From assembly GCA_964476585.1 (NCBI GenBank), contig CAYZBF010000005.1, positions 15,882-79,881 of the forward strand: a stretch of DNA of 64,000 bases. Reading direction: 5' to 3'. The notes below the pieces were generated by a model. It was not told where the DNA came from, searched no databases, and was given only the letters and a program-made list of their open reading frames with translations. Source of the stretch: an uncultured bacterium. GTDB lineage: Bacteria; Hydrothermota; UBA3072. Below are positions 46,348-56,439 of this stretch, one piece after another. The position numbers and the translations under genes are program-made. Position 1 is the stretch's first letter. Every line of letters starts with the position of its first letter.

Positions 46348-49300
46348 TTACCTCCTGATGATGGGGCTTATACTTGCGTATTCGTTGGCAGAATCTTTGA
46401 GTATTCCAGATATAAATTTCTTTTTTAGTTCGGGGTCTATTTCCATTCTGGATAGTAGTCCTAAAGAGAGTCTATAGTTTCTACTACGTAACGTCGCATA
46501 ATATTTGAGTAAGACTACTTCATCGGTCTGTTCTAGCTGAGTTAGTTTTTGATATGCACTTTCGTAGTTACCTAGCTTTAATTCTATCATACTAATTAAG
46601 ATCTCTTTTTTATCACCGCTTATACGCTTAATCTCGTTATATGCCTTTTCATATTCTTCCAGTTCGATGAATAGTTGGGCTCGTCTTTCTGGCAACTGTG
46701 TTATAGTAACCATGTTATACAAAATCTCTCTACGCGATTCCTCTATCTCTTTGGGGGAAACTTCAATATCTTTTCCTAACCACCATAGCAGGATTTCCTC
46801 TTTTCTTGTGGGATCTGGTACTGATTTAAGATAGAGTTCTGCTTTCTTCCAATCTTTCATTAAAAAGTAAATATACCCCGCTTCCTTCATAGACTCTTTA
46901 TTATCTGGTGCCTTGTCGAGGAGTTGTTCGTAGTAAGGTAATCGGTCTTTAATATCAAGTTGCTTTATATAACGTGTCAAAGTGTCCCAATTTGAGAGTT
47001 CTAAATTTATTTTTATGAGAAGATTAAGTATTTCAGGATCGTTCGGGTCAACTATATCACTTAGTTTTTCTGATACATCAGGGTATCCGTTCAATAAATA
47101 TTCCATTTCTGATTTGGCTTTTTCTTTTTCCCCGATTTTATAGTATATCTCGGCTTGCGAAATTCGAATCGGTAGGGGGGCACCTTCTTCAAAGCTTTTC
47201 TCTATCTTCAGAGTGAGCCACTTTCCCCTTTCCTTTGAGCCGTCAAAGTAAGCTTCTATTAAGTTTACAAGGCGAGTATTTCGACCTTCTTGATGGTAAA
47301 CATCAAATAGTTTATCTGTAAGCTCTTGTGATAATTCAATAGAAGAAAATAGTGGCTCTATACCCTCCAGTGATTTATCCTTTTCATCTTCATTCTTCCA
47401 GTATGCTTCAATGAAATTCTCTACTGCTTCTTCTTTTCTTCCCAAATCCGATAGAATGTTCCCCTTCACAAATAATGCTTTGTTAGCAATCTCAGGGTCT
47501 TCATAGCCATCCAGTGCCTTCAATGCTTCTTCGCTTATTCCTGGGTTAAATCGGAGGCCTTTCTCTATTTCTGAAATTCCAGTTTCATCTCCCATCAAGA
47601 GTTTTGCTTTACCGAATTGTATGCGGAGCGAAGCATCTATAGGTGCAACCTCAATTAACCTCTCGTATTCTCCAGCAATTATATCTGCCATTGATGGCTT
47701 TTGCTTTAAAACATCATTTAGACAAATAATACTATTCTTTGTATCCTCTTTCTCGCTGTAAAGTTCATACAGTGCCATTAGAATGTCAGGCTCTGGAGTT
47801 TCATCCTTTCTGATCTCTTCAAGCACTGATATTGCGCGATCTATAAGTGAATTATTGATACTCCAGGCTTTTCGCGCCAGCTTTGAGGCTTCGCTATAAT
47901 TGTGTGTCCTTGCATTTGCTACTGCTAAGTCAAGCAACAATTCGCCTTGCTTTTCAACTTCAAGTGATGCAAGTGCTTTTTCTCCCCACTTAATTGCTTC
48001 TTCATAGTGTTTTTGATTTAAAAGGATTTCTGTGAGGCTTTGATATAGATATTTATTACCTTTTTTTGAATGAATATGCTTAATAAGTAAAGTTGTTATG
48101 CTACTTACATCCTCAGGGAATTGTTTTACCGCCATTCTAATCTCACTGCAGCCCTTTTTGAATTCACCCTTATGGAAATAGAGCGATGCGACAATTTTTC
48201 TTATTTCTAATTTATCTCTGTGTTTTTCAAGTTGGTCGAGAATGAAATTGAATTTTTCGGGATCCTCGTACAATGCTTCGATATAGAAATTTTCTGCATT
48301 ATCAAAATCTTTTGTGATTCGTTTTAATTCTGCCAAAGCGAAAGGATATGCGAAAGGTGGAAAATTCTTTTTATCTAATAATTCAAAGAAGTATAAGAAT
48401 TGGGGAGCAACCTTGGGTTTTGCTCTTATCCAACTATCATATTCTGTGAGTAAATAAGGTACATAATTGGGGTCCGACGATAAAATTCTATCGATATGCT
48501 GCGCAACTTCTTCCTGTTCATCTGGAATTTTAAGCATGAGATAAATGAGTTCGGCTTCGACATTATGAGGATTTTCTTTCACGAGATCACTTAGTCCTTC
48601 TCTCGCAATATCTAATCCATCCTCTTTCTGAGCCAGTTTCTGGAATATATCTAGGGCATCCTCTACATTTCCCTCTTTAGAGATGAGCCTTGCTTTTAAC
48701 GAGAAAGCTTTAGTAGATTCTTTCGAATCCTTTAATATAGAATCCAGATTATCTAAAATCTCTGAAGCAGCAGTGGGGTCAAATTCAAATGCTTTTTCCA
48801 GAGCGTTAACTGCTTCTTCTACCCATCCTAATTCTTTATAGATGGATGAAAGATATAGATACGGATCCAGTTCTTTCGGTATTTCTTTCTCAATCTCTTT
48901 TACTTTTTCCCCTGTCTTTTCATCAGGTAAAATCTCTATCGCCTTAAGAAATTCCTTTAAGGCTTCTGAATATTTTTTCTTTTTAAGATACGCATTGGCC
49001 AGGTTGTTATGGAGAACAGGGTTGTCTGGATTCTTTTTTACCATCCTTTGATACTTCTTTATTGCCTCTTTATCCTCAAACGTTTCAATGAGTTTCAGAG
49101 CTTCTTCTTCTTTTCCTGATTCGATATAAAGTTCACTTAGATAGTCACGGACTTCCTTAGATTTATCCTTAAAGGAACTAAGGATCGTGATTGCGTTTTG
49201 TAGCAATTCATCATTTCTATCCAGGGAATCCCTAATTTTTGAAATGCCCTCCTCATAATGTTGACCCAGGAGGAGAGCGTGACCCAATCCAAAGAGAAGC

Positions 49301-49905
49301 CATTCATCACCATAGAATTCCTGGTTTGCTCGCCTTAATTCTTTTATTACCCTTTCTAGCTCCTTTGGATTTTTTTCGACTATCTTGTGGAGAAGTTCTA
49401 CCGAGCGTTGACTTTCCTTGCCTTCCAGCATTATACTTAAAAGATAAAGATGTGTAATATCTCTTTTGCTAAATTTTTTCTTATTGGTTAGTATATTATC
49501 TACAATCCGCTCTTCTCTATCCTGAAAGTTCTTTTTCCCCTCTTCAGTTACCTCCCTTAGGATATCATAGACCTCTTCGAACTCTCTTTCCCCAGCTTTT
49601 TTTTCCATAATATATTCTGCCAATTGATCTGGTTTGCCCCTACCGTAATAGAGATCTTCCATCTCGCTTGAAACCTGCTTGGAGGCATCAGGAGAAAGAA
49701 TCTCGCCCTTTTTTGCCCAGACAATAACCTCGTTTAATTTATCCATAGTTAAATAAGTATGCATGATTTCCAATATGAGAGATAGGTCCGATTCTTCTTG
49801 AGTAAGAGCATTTTTTAAGATTTCTATGGCTTTTGAAGCATCACCTCTCGCTGAAACCCGACGAGCCTTATCTATTACATTGGATTTATCGCCAAAGCTA
49901 AACAT
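46348..49905 (-). CDS. Giant TPR-repeat protein (1185 aa)
   Basis: Dozens of 34-residue TPR-like units (W-LG-Y-A-F-A-P consensus repeated); no enzymatic motif seen. Confidence 0.7.
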   Translation of the reverse strand: MFSFGDKSNVIDKARRVSARGDASKAIEILKNALTQEESDLSLILEIMHTYLTMDKLNEVIVWAKKGEILSPDASKQVSSEMEDLYYGRGKPDQLAEYIMEKKAGEREFEEVYDILREVTEEGKKNFQDREERIVDNILTNKKKFSKRDITHLYLLSIMLEGKESQRSVELLHKIVEKNPKELERVIKELRRANQEFYGDEWLLFGLGHALLLGQHYEEGISKIRDSLDRNDELLQNAITILSSFKDKSKEVRDYLSELYIESGKEEEALKLIETFEDKEAIKKYQRMVKKNPDNPVLHNNLANAYLKKKKYSEALKEFLKAIEILPDEKTGEKVKEIEKEIPKELDPYLYLSSIYKELGWVEEAVNALEKAFEFDPTAASEILDNLDSILKDSKESTKAFSLKARLISKEGNVEDALDIFQKLAQKEDGLDIAREGLSDLVKENPHNVEAELIYLMLKIPDEQEEVAQHIDRILSSDPNYVPYLLTEYDSWIRAKPKVAPQFLYFFELLDKKNFPPFAYPFALAELKRITKDFDNAENFYIEALYEDPEKFNFILDQLEKHRDKLEIRKIVASLYFHKGEFKKGCSEIRMAVKQFPEDVSSITTLLIKHIHSKKGNKYLYQSLTEILLNQKHYEEAIKWGEKALASLEVEKQGELLLDLAVANARTHNYSEASKLARKAWSINNSLIDRAISVLEEIRKDETPEPDILMALYELYSEKEDTKNSIICLNDVLKQKPSMADIIAGEYERLIEVAPIDASLRIQFGKAKLLMGDETGISEIEKGLRFNPGISEEALKALDGYEDPEIANKALFVKGNILSDLGRKEEAVENFIEAYWKNEDEKDKSLEGIEPLFSSIELSQELTDKLFDVYHQEGRNTRLVNLIEAYFDGSKERGKWLTLKIEKSFEEGAPLPIRISQAEIYYKIGEKEKAKSEMEYLLNGYPDVSEKLSDIVDPNDPEILNLLIKINLELSNWDTLTRYIKQLDIKDRLPYYEQLLDKAPDNKESMKEAGYIYFLMKDWKKAELYLKSVPDPTRKEEILLWWLGKDIEVSPKEIEESRREILYNMVTITQLPERRAQLFIELEEYEKAYNEIKRISGDKKEILISMIELKLGNYESAYQKLTQLEQTDEVVLLKYYATLRSRNYRLSLGLLSRMEIDPELKKKFISGILKDSANEYASISPIIRR

Positions 49906-49975
49906 AATTAATTTAAAAAAATTATAATGAAAATAGATGGCAAGTCAAGAGTTTTGATGATAAGTGTTCCAGTGC

Positions 49976-50653
49976 TTAAAAGGTATCCAGGGTTCTCATG
50001 ATCGTTCGCCCCATCTCAATAAGTTCATTCAACTTATTATAATCGTCAGGCAACTTAGTTATAATCAGGAGGAAAGAATCGGTTTCTACCTTCTCAGGGA
50101 CAGGCACTGATCTGACATCTTCTTTGGCAAAGAAAGAGAGGCTTTCTGGCTTTGTGGAAAGTATATGTGTTATCGCACGACTATTTAGTAGTTTCCTTTT
50201 GAAGCTTTCATCTTCTCCTTTTATGTAATATTCTTCTTCAATGTTCAACATACGTAGCCCTATATTTCCATTTGACTGTTTTTGCATTTGAAACTTAAAT
50301 TTCTTCTGGAGGCTGAAGTTCTTATCAATTCTAATGCTCCCAATAGCGATTAATAGTGCTAATCCCTCTTTTATCCCTCCAGGTATAGACCATTCGATAA
50401 GATAAGCAGGATGGCTTGATAAGGCAAAACTTAGATATGGCTGTTTACCTTCAGCTGTTTCTTTTAGAGCTAAGCCAAGTCTTTCTGCATACTCCTTCCA
50501 TTTTTCCCTTTTGTTTCCCTCCCTCTTTTTATCAAGTATCTTCTTTGCTACTACTATTATTAATTGCAGTAATATAAAAGCAGGAAGCAGGAAGTTCTTA
50601 AACTTCTCGAATATATGTTCCATTGTAGAAAAAATATATATAAATAGTTGCAT
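49976..50653 (-). CDS. Hypothetical membrane protein
   Basis: 225 aa, N-terminal TM (LLPAFILLQLIIVVA); first gene of the minus-strand TPR operon. Confidence 0.45.
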   Translation of the reverse strand: MQLFIYIFSTMEHIFEKFKNFLLPAFILLQLIIVVAKKILDKKREGNKREKWKEYAERLGLALKETAEGKQPYLSFALSSHPAYLIEWSIPGGIKEGLALLIAIGSIRIDKNFSLQKKFKFQMQKQSNGNIGLRMLNIEEEYYIKGEDESFKRKLLNSRAITHILSTKPESLSFFAKEDVRSVPVPEKVETDSFLLIITKLPDDYNKLNELIEMGRTIMRTLDTF

Positions 50654-50827
50654 TCAGTCAACCCTTTTACAAAAATTAGATCTTCCCTCTTGTTTCTTTA
50701 CGCCTTGATCTATTAGATCCCTGGGTGTGTGCCTCTTTGACCTTTGTCTCTGTAGTGACCCTATTTCTCAAAAACCCCTCTTGACACATCCTAATATTCT
50801 ATTATTCTTACCCTAAAAGGAGGACCA

Positions 50828-51334
50828 ATGAACAGAAGGTTGCTACGAATTCTGGATGTCCTTATTGTTATAGCGTTTGTTTTTCTGTTGTATATAGTAA
50901 TCGAACCTCAGTTTAGACAGGGAAAGATAAATACGAATAGGATTAAACTCCAATCTAATATGTTTACTGTAAAGGCTGGATTAGAAAGGTATATTGCGTT
51001 TCATGAGGGTACATACCCGTCCAATATTCAACGGATCTATGATAATTTGAAAGGAATTGAATTACCGGAAAATCCATATACAGGGGAAAAAATGGACATT
51101 TCTGAGTTTGTTCAATTTAAATATGATATTCCCAGTGAAGTAGAGGATGATGCGGTGAATGGAATAAACGGTACACAGAGAGGTAAGCCAGGGCAGATTG
51201 GAATTGGGTTTTTCATACCGATGGGCAAGGATTCAATTCCCACGAAATTTGGTATAATTGGCTTTGATGAGAATGGAAAGCCGTATACTCTAAAGGAGGG
51301 GGAAAAAGAAAGAGTTGTAGTGTTGAGTGGTTAA
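50828..51334 (+). CDS. Pilin/pseudopilin-like protein with a non-canonical N-terminus
   Basis: AAAGGAGG RBS; N-terminal TM helix, then QSNMFTVKAGLERYIAFHEGTYPS, resembling the post-helix region of type IV pilin-like / DUF1559 proteins; no G-F-T-L-I-E prepilin cleavage motif. Confidence 0.45.
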   Translation: MNRRLLRILDVLIVIAFVFLLYIVIEPQFRQGKINTNRIKLQSNMFTVKAGLERYIAFHEGTYPSNIQRIYDNLKGIELPENPYTGEKMDISEFVQFKYDIPSEVEDDAVNGINGTQRGKPGQIGIGFFIPMGKDSIPTKFGIIGFDENGKPYTLKEGEKERVVVLSG

Positions 51335-51345
51335 ATTTGAGGTAG

Positions 51346-52224
51346 TTGGATCTTTTAAAGCCTGAAGTAATAGAAAAAGTAGGTGCCCTTAATTTCAGGG
51401 CACGATTAGTAGTAGAAGGATTTCTTATTGGCCTTCATCAAAGTCCTTATCATGGTTTCTCGCTTGAATTCTGTGAGCATCGTCCTTATTATCCAGGAGA
51501 CCCTATCAACAGAATTGACTGGAAACTCTATGGGCGCACAGATAGATATTATTTAAGAAAATATCAGGCTGAGACAAATCTCTCTGCATACCTCATATTG
51601 GATAAAAGTAAGTCGATGGATTATGGTAAAGAGATAACTAAATTTCATTACGCAAGAACTCTTGCCGCTAGTCTTGCATACCTCTTATTACATCAGAATG
51701 ATTCTGTGGGACTCGTCATTTTTGATAATGAGATTAAATCGCTAATACCTCCTAAAAGCAGTCTCAATCACCTTAAGCTTTTATTAAGAGACCTTGCCAA
51801 TACGGAACCCTCACAGAAGACTTCCATTTCTGATGTAATCTTTAATTTTGCTTCCACAATAAAGAAAAGGAGTCTAATTATTGTGTTTTCGGATTTACTC
51901 GAAGATCCAGAAAAAGTAATGAAAGCTTTCAAGCTCGTTAAAGTAAGAAAGAATGAGGTCATTGTTTTTCATATTCTTGATTCAGATGAAATGAAATTTA
52001 ATTTTACGGAACAAGCGCTTTACAGGGATATGGAAGATCATACGACTGTTCCAGTGAATCCTTTAAATATAAGAGATTTATATAGGAAGAGATTCAATCA
52101 GTTTCTTGAGCAATACAGGTCAGGATTTGCGTACAACAGAATCGATTATTCCCTTATCACCACTGATACTGCATATGATGAAGCACTCTCAGCCTATTTA
52201 ATTAAAAGGAAGCGTCTATTATGA
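51346..52224 (+). CDS. DUF58 domain protein (MoxR-associated vWA-like)
   Basis: HQSPYHGFSLEF.EHR.Y.PGD..R.IDWK..GRTD..Y.R.Y..E; LILDKSKSMDYG; 292 aa. Confidence 0.8.
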   Translation: MDLLKPEVIEKVGALNFRARLVVEGFLIGLHQSPYHGFSLEFCEHRPYYPGDPINRIDWKLYGRTDRYYLRKYQAETNLSAYLILDKSKSMDYGKEITKFHYARTLAASLAYLLLHQNDSVGLVIFDNEIKSLIPPKSSLNHLKLLLRDLANTEPSQKTSISDVIFNFASTIKKRSLIIVFSDLLEDPEKVMKAFKLVKVRKNEVIVFHILDSDEMKFNFTEQALYRDMEDHTTVPVNPLNIRDLYRKRFNQFLEQYRSGFAYNRIDYSLITTDTAYDEALSAYLIKRKRLL

Positions 52225-53834
52225 GTTTCCCTCAGTTTCTTTTTTTGTTCTTACTCATTCCCGTTCCGATTATATTCCATTTTATATCAAAGAGGATCTT
52301 ACGAAACAAAGACTTTCCTTCGCTCCTCTTTGTTTTAAAGAGTGATAGAAGACTCCTACGATGGTTCCACCTGAAAAGATTACTATTACTTCTTCTGAGG
52401 GTTGGAGTTATTGTATCTTTGATATTTTCTGCTTCCAATCTTCTCATACCCTTTTCGTTTAATGAACCATCTAAAACAATAATCTTAGATAGATCCCTCT
52501 CCATGAAGGAGCTGGATATATCTTCTCATAAGGCGGATGTAATTGTTCCTAATAGAGGAGGGATATCTCTTATTCACAAGGCGCTCAAACTACATCCGAT
52601 AGGCATTCTAATTTCAGATGCTCAGCGGAATGGGTTTATAAAATTACTAAGGGGGGGGAAAAGCTATCCAGGGATTGATTTAGAGAAGATTTCTCTGCCC
52701 AAAGGGAATATCGCTATTAAAGATCATCAGATTGGGTCTCCTTTCGTTGGTGAAGAAGTTGATATTGTATTTACCCTTTTAAATCAGTATAAATATTCAA
52801 AGACCGTTCCTTTTTCATTATATATAGATGACAAGGAGTTAAAGAGAAAGGATGTGTCCCTTAATCAAGGAATCAATGAGATATCATTCCATCTGTCCTT
52901 ACCTGAAGGCCTACACAAAGGCTCCCTCGTAGTTTATGATAAGGGAGGTTTCGAATTCGATAACATTCGATATTTTACTCTTTGTATAATACCGAAGACG
53001 AAAGTTGTCATATATTCTTCTATGAATCCGCTGAAACTCCTTGCTGCTTTGAACTCTTCCTCCTTTCAAGTGAAGTGGAGTAAAGGGCCACTCATAGAAA
53101 CAGAGGGAGATATTTTTGTAGTGGATGATTTTCCTTTGGAGACTGCGCCAAATAGTATAAAAGGATCTCTGCCAGGTATTATTTGCTTTTCGGGCGGAGT
53201 TAAATCTCCCTTAGCAGACGAGATTCCATATAAGGTCTCAAAAATAGCCAACTTTCCTGTTTTCTCTCCTTTTGGGAAACTTCAAACCATTTGTAATATT
53301 CCCATACGTTATAATTTTAAGCTTAACAGGGGGCAAACGCTTTTGTATTTTGAAAATGGAGATGCCTTTCTCAAAAGAGAAGGGAATCTGTTTTTCTTAC
53401 CGATCTCCCTGGATGAATCAGATTTATCACTCCATCCTGTTTATGTTCCTTTCCTATATCAACTCATAGCTTCCCTGTTGAAGGAAGATTTCAACAAGGA
53501 TATATTGATAGACCAAGTAGTTGTTATAAAGGCTCCATTTAAACCTTGTGTAATTTCCCCTGAGGGGAAAAGATACTTCACGGATTCAATAGGGGATAAT
53601 AGATACCTGTTTAGACAGACTGGAAGGCCAGGAATTTACGGGGTTTCGGATGGAACTGGGATTAGAGGTTATATATCTGTCAATCCTGATCCAACTGAGG
53701 CGTTGTTGGACACATTAAAAACCCAAGAGATAGTGACTCTATTTGGAAAGGAAGGCTATAATAATGGAACAACCTTTTTCCTTCTGATTGGTTTTTTGTT
53801 TTTTGTGCTTTCAGTGTTGCTTGAGAGAAAATAA
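52221..53834 (+). CDS. BatA-like protein with N-terminal double-TM anchor domain
   Basis: MSFPQFLFLFLLIPVPIIFHFISKR...LLRWFHLKRLLLLLLRVGVIVSLIF, the two-helix N-terminal domain typical of BatA-type proteins; IILDRSLSM; C-terminal TM; 4-nt overlap with the DUF58 gene. Confidence 0.6.
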   Translation: MSFPQFLFLFLLIPVPIIFHFISKRILRNKDFPSLLFVLKSDRRLLRWFHLKRLLLLLLRVGVIVSLIFSASNLLIPFSFNEPSKTIILDRSLSMKELDISSHKADVIVPNRGGISLIHKALKLHPIGILISDAQRNGFIKLLRGGKSYPGIDLEKISLPKGNIAIKDHQIGSPFVGEEVDIVFTLLNQYKYSKTVPFSLYIDDKELKRKDVSLNQGINEISFHLSLPEGLHKGSLVVYDKGGFEFDNIRYFTLCIIPKTKVVIYSSMNPLKLLAALNSSSFQVKWSKGPLIETEGDIFVVDDFPLETAPNSIKGSLPGIICFSGGVKSPLADEIPYKVSKIANFPVFSPFGKLQTICNIPIRYNFKLNRGQTLLYFENGDAFLKREGNLFFLPISLDESDLSLHPVYVPFLYQLIASLLKEDFNKDILIDQVVVIKAPFKPCVISPEGKRYFTDSIGDNRYLFRQTGRPGIYGVSDGTGIRGYISVNPDPTEALLDTLKTQEIVTLFGKEGYNNGTTFFLLIGFLFFVLSVLLERK

Positions 53835-54099
53835 CGGTTAATAATATACATAATCATACAGGGAACACAAGAATGGTCAAAGATCATGTATATTCAATGC
53901 AAAATGAAGATTGTAAAATGCAAAGTGTAAATTGCCGCCCACCTCTAATTTTTTGCTAAACTCACAAAGAATGCAAAGAAACCAAGAAATAAACGGTGTG
54001 TTGGGAATAGATTTTAATTTTTCATTTCTCAATTTGCAATTTTCACTTTTCATTGTAGCGAAGCTACTATATATTTGTAATTGAAACTAAGGGGGTATT

Positions 54100-55422
54100 A
54101 TGGAGAAAATATCTGTCTGGAAGCATGTAGATGATACGAAGAGAATTTTTAGTTTTGCTGAGGATTATATTGAATTCCAAAATAGGAACAAAACTGAAAG
54201 GGAGTTTGTTAAATCATCCATGGGAATACTATCTAAAAGGTCAGAATTCTTCGCAAAGAATATTAGGAATAAGGCACTTGTTGTTGCAAAACCGTCTAAG
54301 GATATTCTCGATAGCGGAATGCGGATTATAGCTGCTCATATAGATTCTCCACGGATAGATCTTAAACCCGCACCTCTATATGAAGAACAGGAGCTCGTTT
54401 TATTAAAGACCCACTATTATGGAGGTATACGGAAATATCAATGGCTTTCAATTCCATTGGCTATCCATGGTGTGGTAGTCACGATGAGTGGTGAGGTAAA
54501 GGAGATAGTAATCGGTGAGGATGATAAAGATCCAGTTTTTACAATTCCTGATCTGTTGCCCCACCTTTCTAAGAAGCAACAGGATAAGAAGATAAGTGAA
54601 TTTGCACAAGGAGAGGAATTGAACGCCCTATTTGGCTCCATACCAAAAGATACCGATGAAAAGAATCCAGTTCTCCTCGGCATCTTAAATCTACTTAAAG
54701 AGAAATATGGTATAGAGGAAGAAGACCTCATTAGTGCAGATCTTGAACTCGTCCCCGCCTGGAAGTCAAGAAGTGTGGGCATCGATGAGAGTTTTATTGG
54801 CGCATATGGTCATGATGACAGGATCTGTGCATACTCTGCTCTCAAGGCAATACTTTCTGTAGAAGGCACGAAGAGAATTCCAGCAGTAGTCCTATTTGAT
54901 AAAGAAGAGATAGGTTCTGAAGGTAATACAGGTGCACGCTCGCAGATCGTCTCTGACTTCATTATGGATATTCTGAAAGCAGTTGATATAGTTCCAGCCT
55001 ACAGAAATATAAGGGGGATTATCGAGAAATCTTCGGTTATCTCAGGAGATGTTAATGCTGGTTTACATCCCACCTATCCTGATGTTCAGGACAAATATAA
55101 CGCAGCCAAAATAGGATTTGGCGTTGTTCTTACCAAGTACACAGGGATTAAAGGAAAAGTAGCTAGCAGTGAAGCCAGTGCTGAATTCGTTGCGGAGGTA
55201 AGGAAGATATATAACGAAGCCAGTGTGAGATGGCAGGTTGGTGAACTGGGGAAGGTGGATCTTGGTGGGGGTGGAACCGTAGCCAAATTCTTAGCGCAAC
55301 TCGGATTCCAGGTTATTGATTCTGGTCCTCCGGTTCTCGCTATGCATTCACCTTTTGAAATAGTGAGTAAGGGAGATTTATTTCATGCCTATAAAGGATA
55401 TAAAGCTTTTCTGGAAGCATAA
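54100..55422 (+). CDS. M18 family (aspartyl) aminopeptidase
   Basis: IAAHIDSPRIDLKP, HDDR and other metal-ligand spacing typical of M18; 440 aa; GGGGT RBS. Confidence 0.75.
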   Translation: MEKISVWKHVDDTKRIFSFAEDYIEFQNRNKTEREFVKSSMGILSKRSEFFAKNIRNKALVVAKPSKDILDSGMRIIAAHIDSPRIDLKPAPLYEEQELVLLKTHYYGGIRKYQWLSIPLAIHGVVVTMSGEVKEIVIGEDDKDPVFTIPDLLPHLSKKQQDKKISEFAQGEELNALFGSIPKDTDEKNPVLLGILNLLKEKYGIEEEDLISADLELVPAWKSRSVGIDESFIGAYGHDDRICAYSALKAILSVEGTKRIPAVVLFDKEEIGSEGNTGARSQIVSDFIMDILKAVDIVPAYRNIRGIIEKSSVISGDVNAGLHPTYPDVQDKYNAAKIGFGVVLTKYTGIKGKVASSEASAEFVAEVRKIYNEASVRWQVGELGKVDLGGGGTVAKFLAQLGFQVIDSGPPVLAMHSPFEIVSKGDLFHAYKGYKAFLEA

Positions 55423-55558
55423 ATGACCTAGGAGAGGGGAAGTAAAAGGAAACTATATATGTGGATGAATTAACGGATATATGTGTTAATGCGTATTCTC
55501 TAACTCATTAACTCATATGTTCTTTTTACTTCTTGTGTTAAGATAATAATGGTAAACC

Positions 55559-55587
55559 TTGACAATTACTGATAAAAAATTAATATT
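55559..55587 (+). promoter_or_regulatory. Promoter upstream of cysD (TTGACA-16/17-TAATAT)
   Basis: CCTTGACA at 55559-55564 and TAATAT at about 55581-55586; AAGGAGG RBS at 55618. Confidence 0.5.
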
Positions 55588-55631
55588 TTAGCAGAGATGA
55601 CTATGAAGAAAAGAAGGTAAAGGAGGTCTTA

Positions 55632-56432
55632 ATGGATCATCTATCTAAGTTAGAAAGCAATAGTATATATATCATAAGAGAAGCTTATAATCAGTTTCAG
55701 AAGGTAGGAACATTATGGTCTATAGGAAAGGATTCTACCACTCTGTTATGGCTTATAAGAAAGGCCTTTTTCGGGAAGATTCCGTTCCCTGTAATCCATA
55801 TAGATACAGGTTATAAATTCAAAGAAATTTACCAGTTCAGAGATGAATATACAAAAAAATGGAATTTGGAACTAATTGTTCACAGGAATGAGAAAGCAAT
55901 TTCAGAAGGTATGGGGCCAGATAAGAGTAAATTGGAGTGCTGTACAGAGCTCAAAACAAATGCTTTGAAGAGTGCTATAGATAAATATGGATTCCGTGCC
56001 CTATATCTCGGGATTAGAAGGGATGAGCATGGAATAAGAGCCAAGGAGAGGGTTTTTTCTCCCCGAGACCAGGATTTTGAATGGGATTACAAGAACCAGC
56101 CTCCTGAACTCTGGGATCAATATAAGTCAAAGGCTGATGCAGAGGAACATATGAGGATTCACCCTTTGCTTGGCTGGACTGAACTGGATATATGGCAGTA
56201 TATAAAGAAGGAGAGTATTCCGGTAGTAAAACTATACTTTGCTAAGGATGGTAAGCGTTTCAGGAGTATAGGCTGCGAGCCGTGTGTAGAACCAATACAA
56301 TCTGAAGCAGATACTATAGACAAAATTATAGAGGAACTCAAGACAACAACAATTTCAGAGAGAAGTGGCAGAGCTCAGGATAAGGAGTCTGATTATATGA
56401 TGCAGAAACTCAGAGCCCTTGGGTATATGTAG
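55632..56432 (+). CDS. cysD: Sulfate adenylyltransferase subunit 2
   Basis: PAPS-reductase-fold P-loop SIGKDST; ...HIDTGYKF.E...FRD; 266 aa. Confidence 0.85.
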   Translation: MDHLSKLESNSIYIIREAYNQFQKVGTLWSIGKDSTTLLWLIRKAFFGKIPFPVIHIDTGYKFKEIYQFRDEYTKKWNLELIVHRNEKAISEGMGPDKSKLECCTELKTNALKSAIDKYGFRALYLGIRRDEHGIRAKERVFSPRDQDFEWDYKNQPPELWDQYKSKADAEEHMRIHPLLGWTELDIWQYIKKESIPVVKLYFAKDGKRFRSIGCEPCVEPIQSEADTIDKIIEELKTTTISERSGRAQDKESDYMMQKLRALGYM

Positions 56433-56439
56433 GGATGGA

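Noticed and set aside
50781-50815. TTGACA-17-ATTCTT promoter call for the pilin-like gene
   Set aside because: The -10 hexamer would sit only about 20 nt before the ATG and overlap the RBS (AAAGGAGG). The geometry is doubtful, so it is not listed as a feature.
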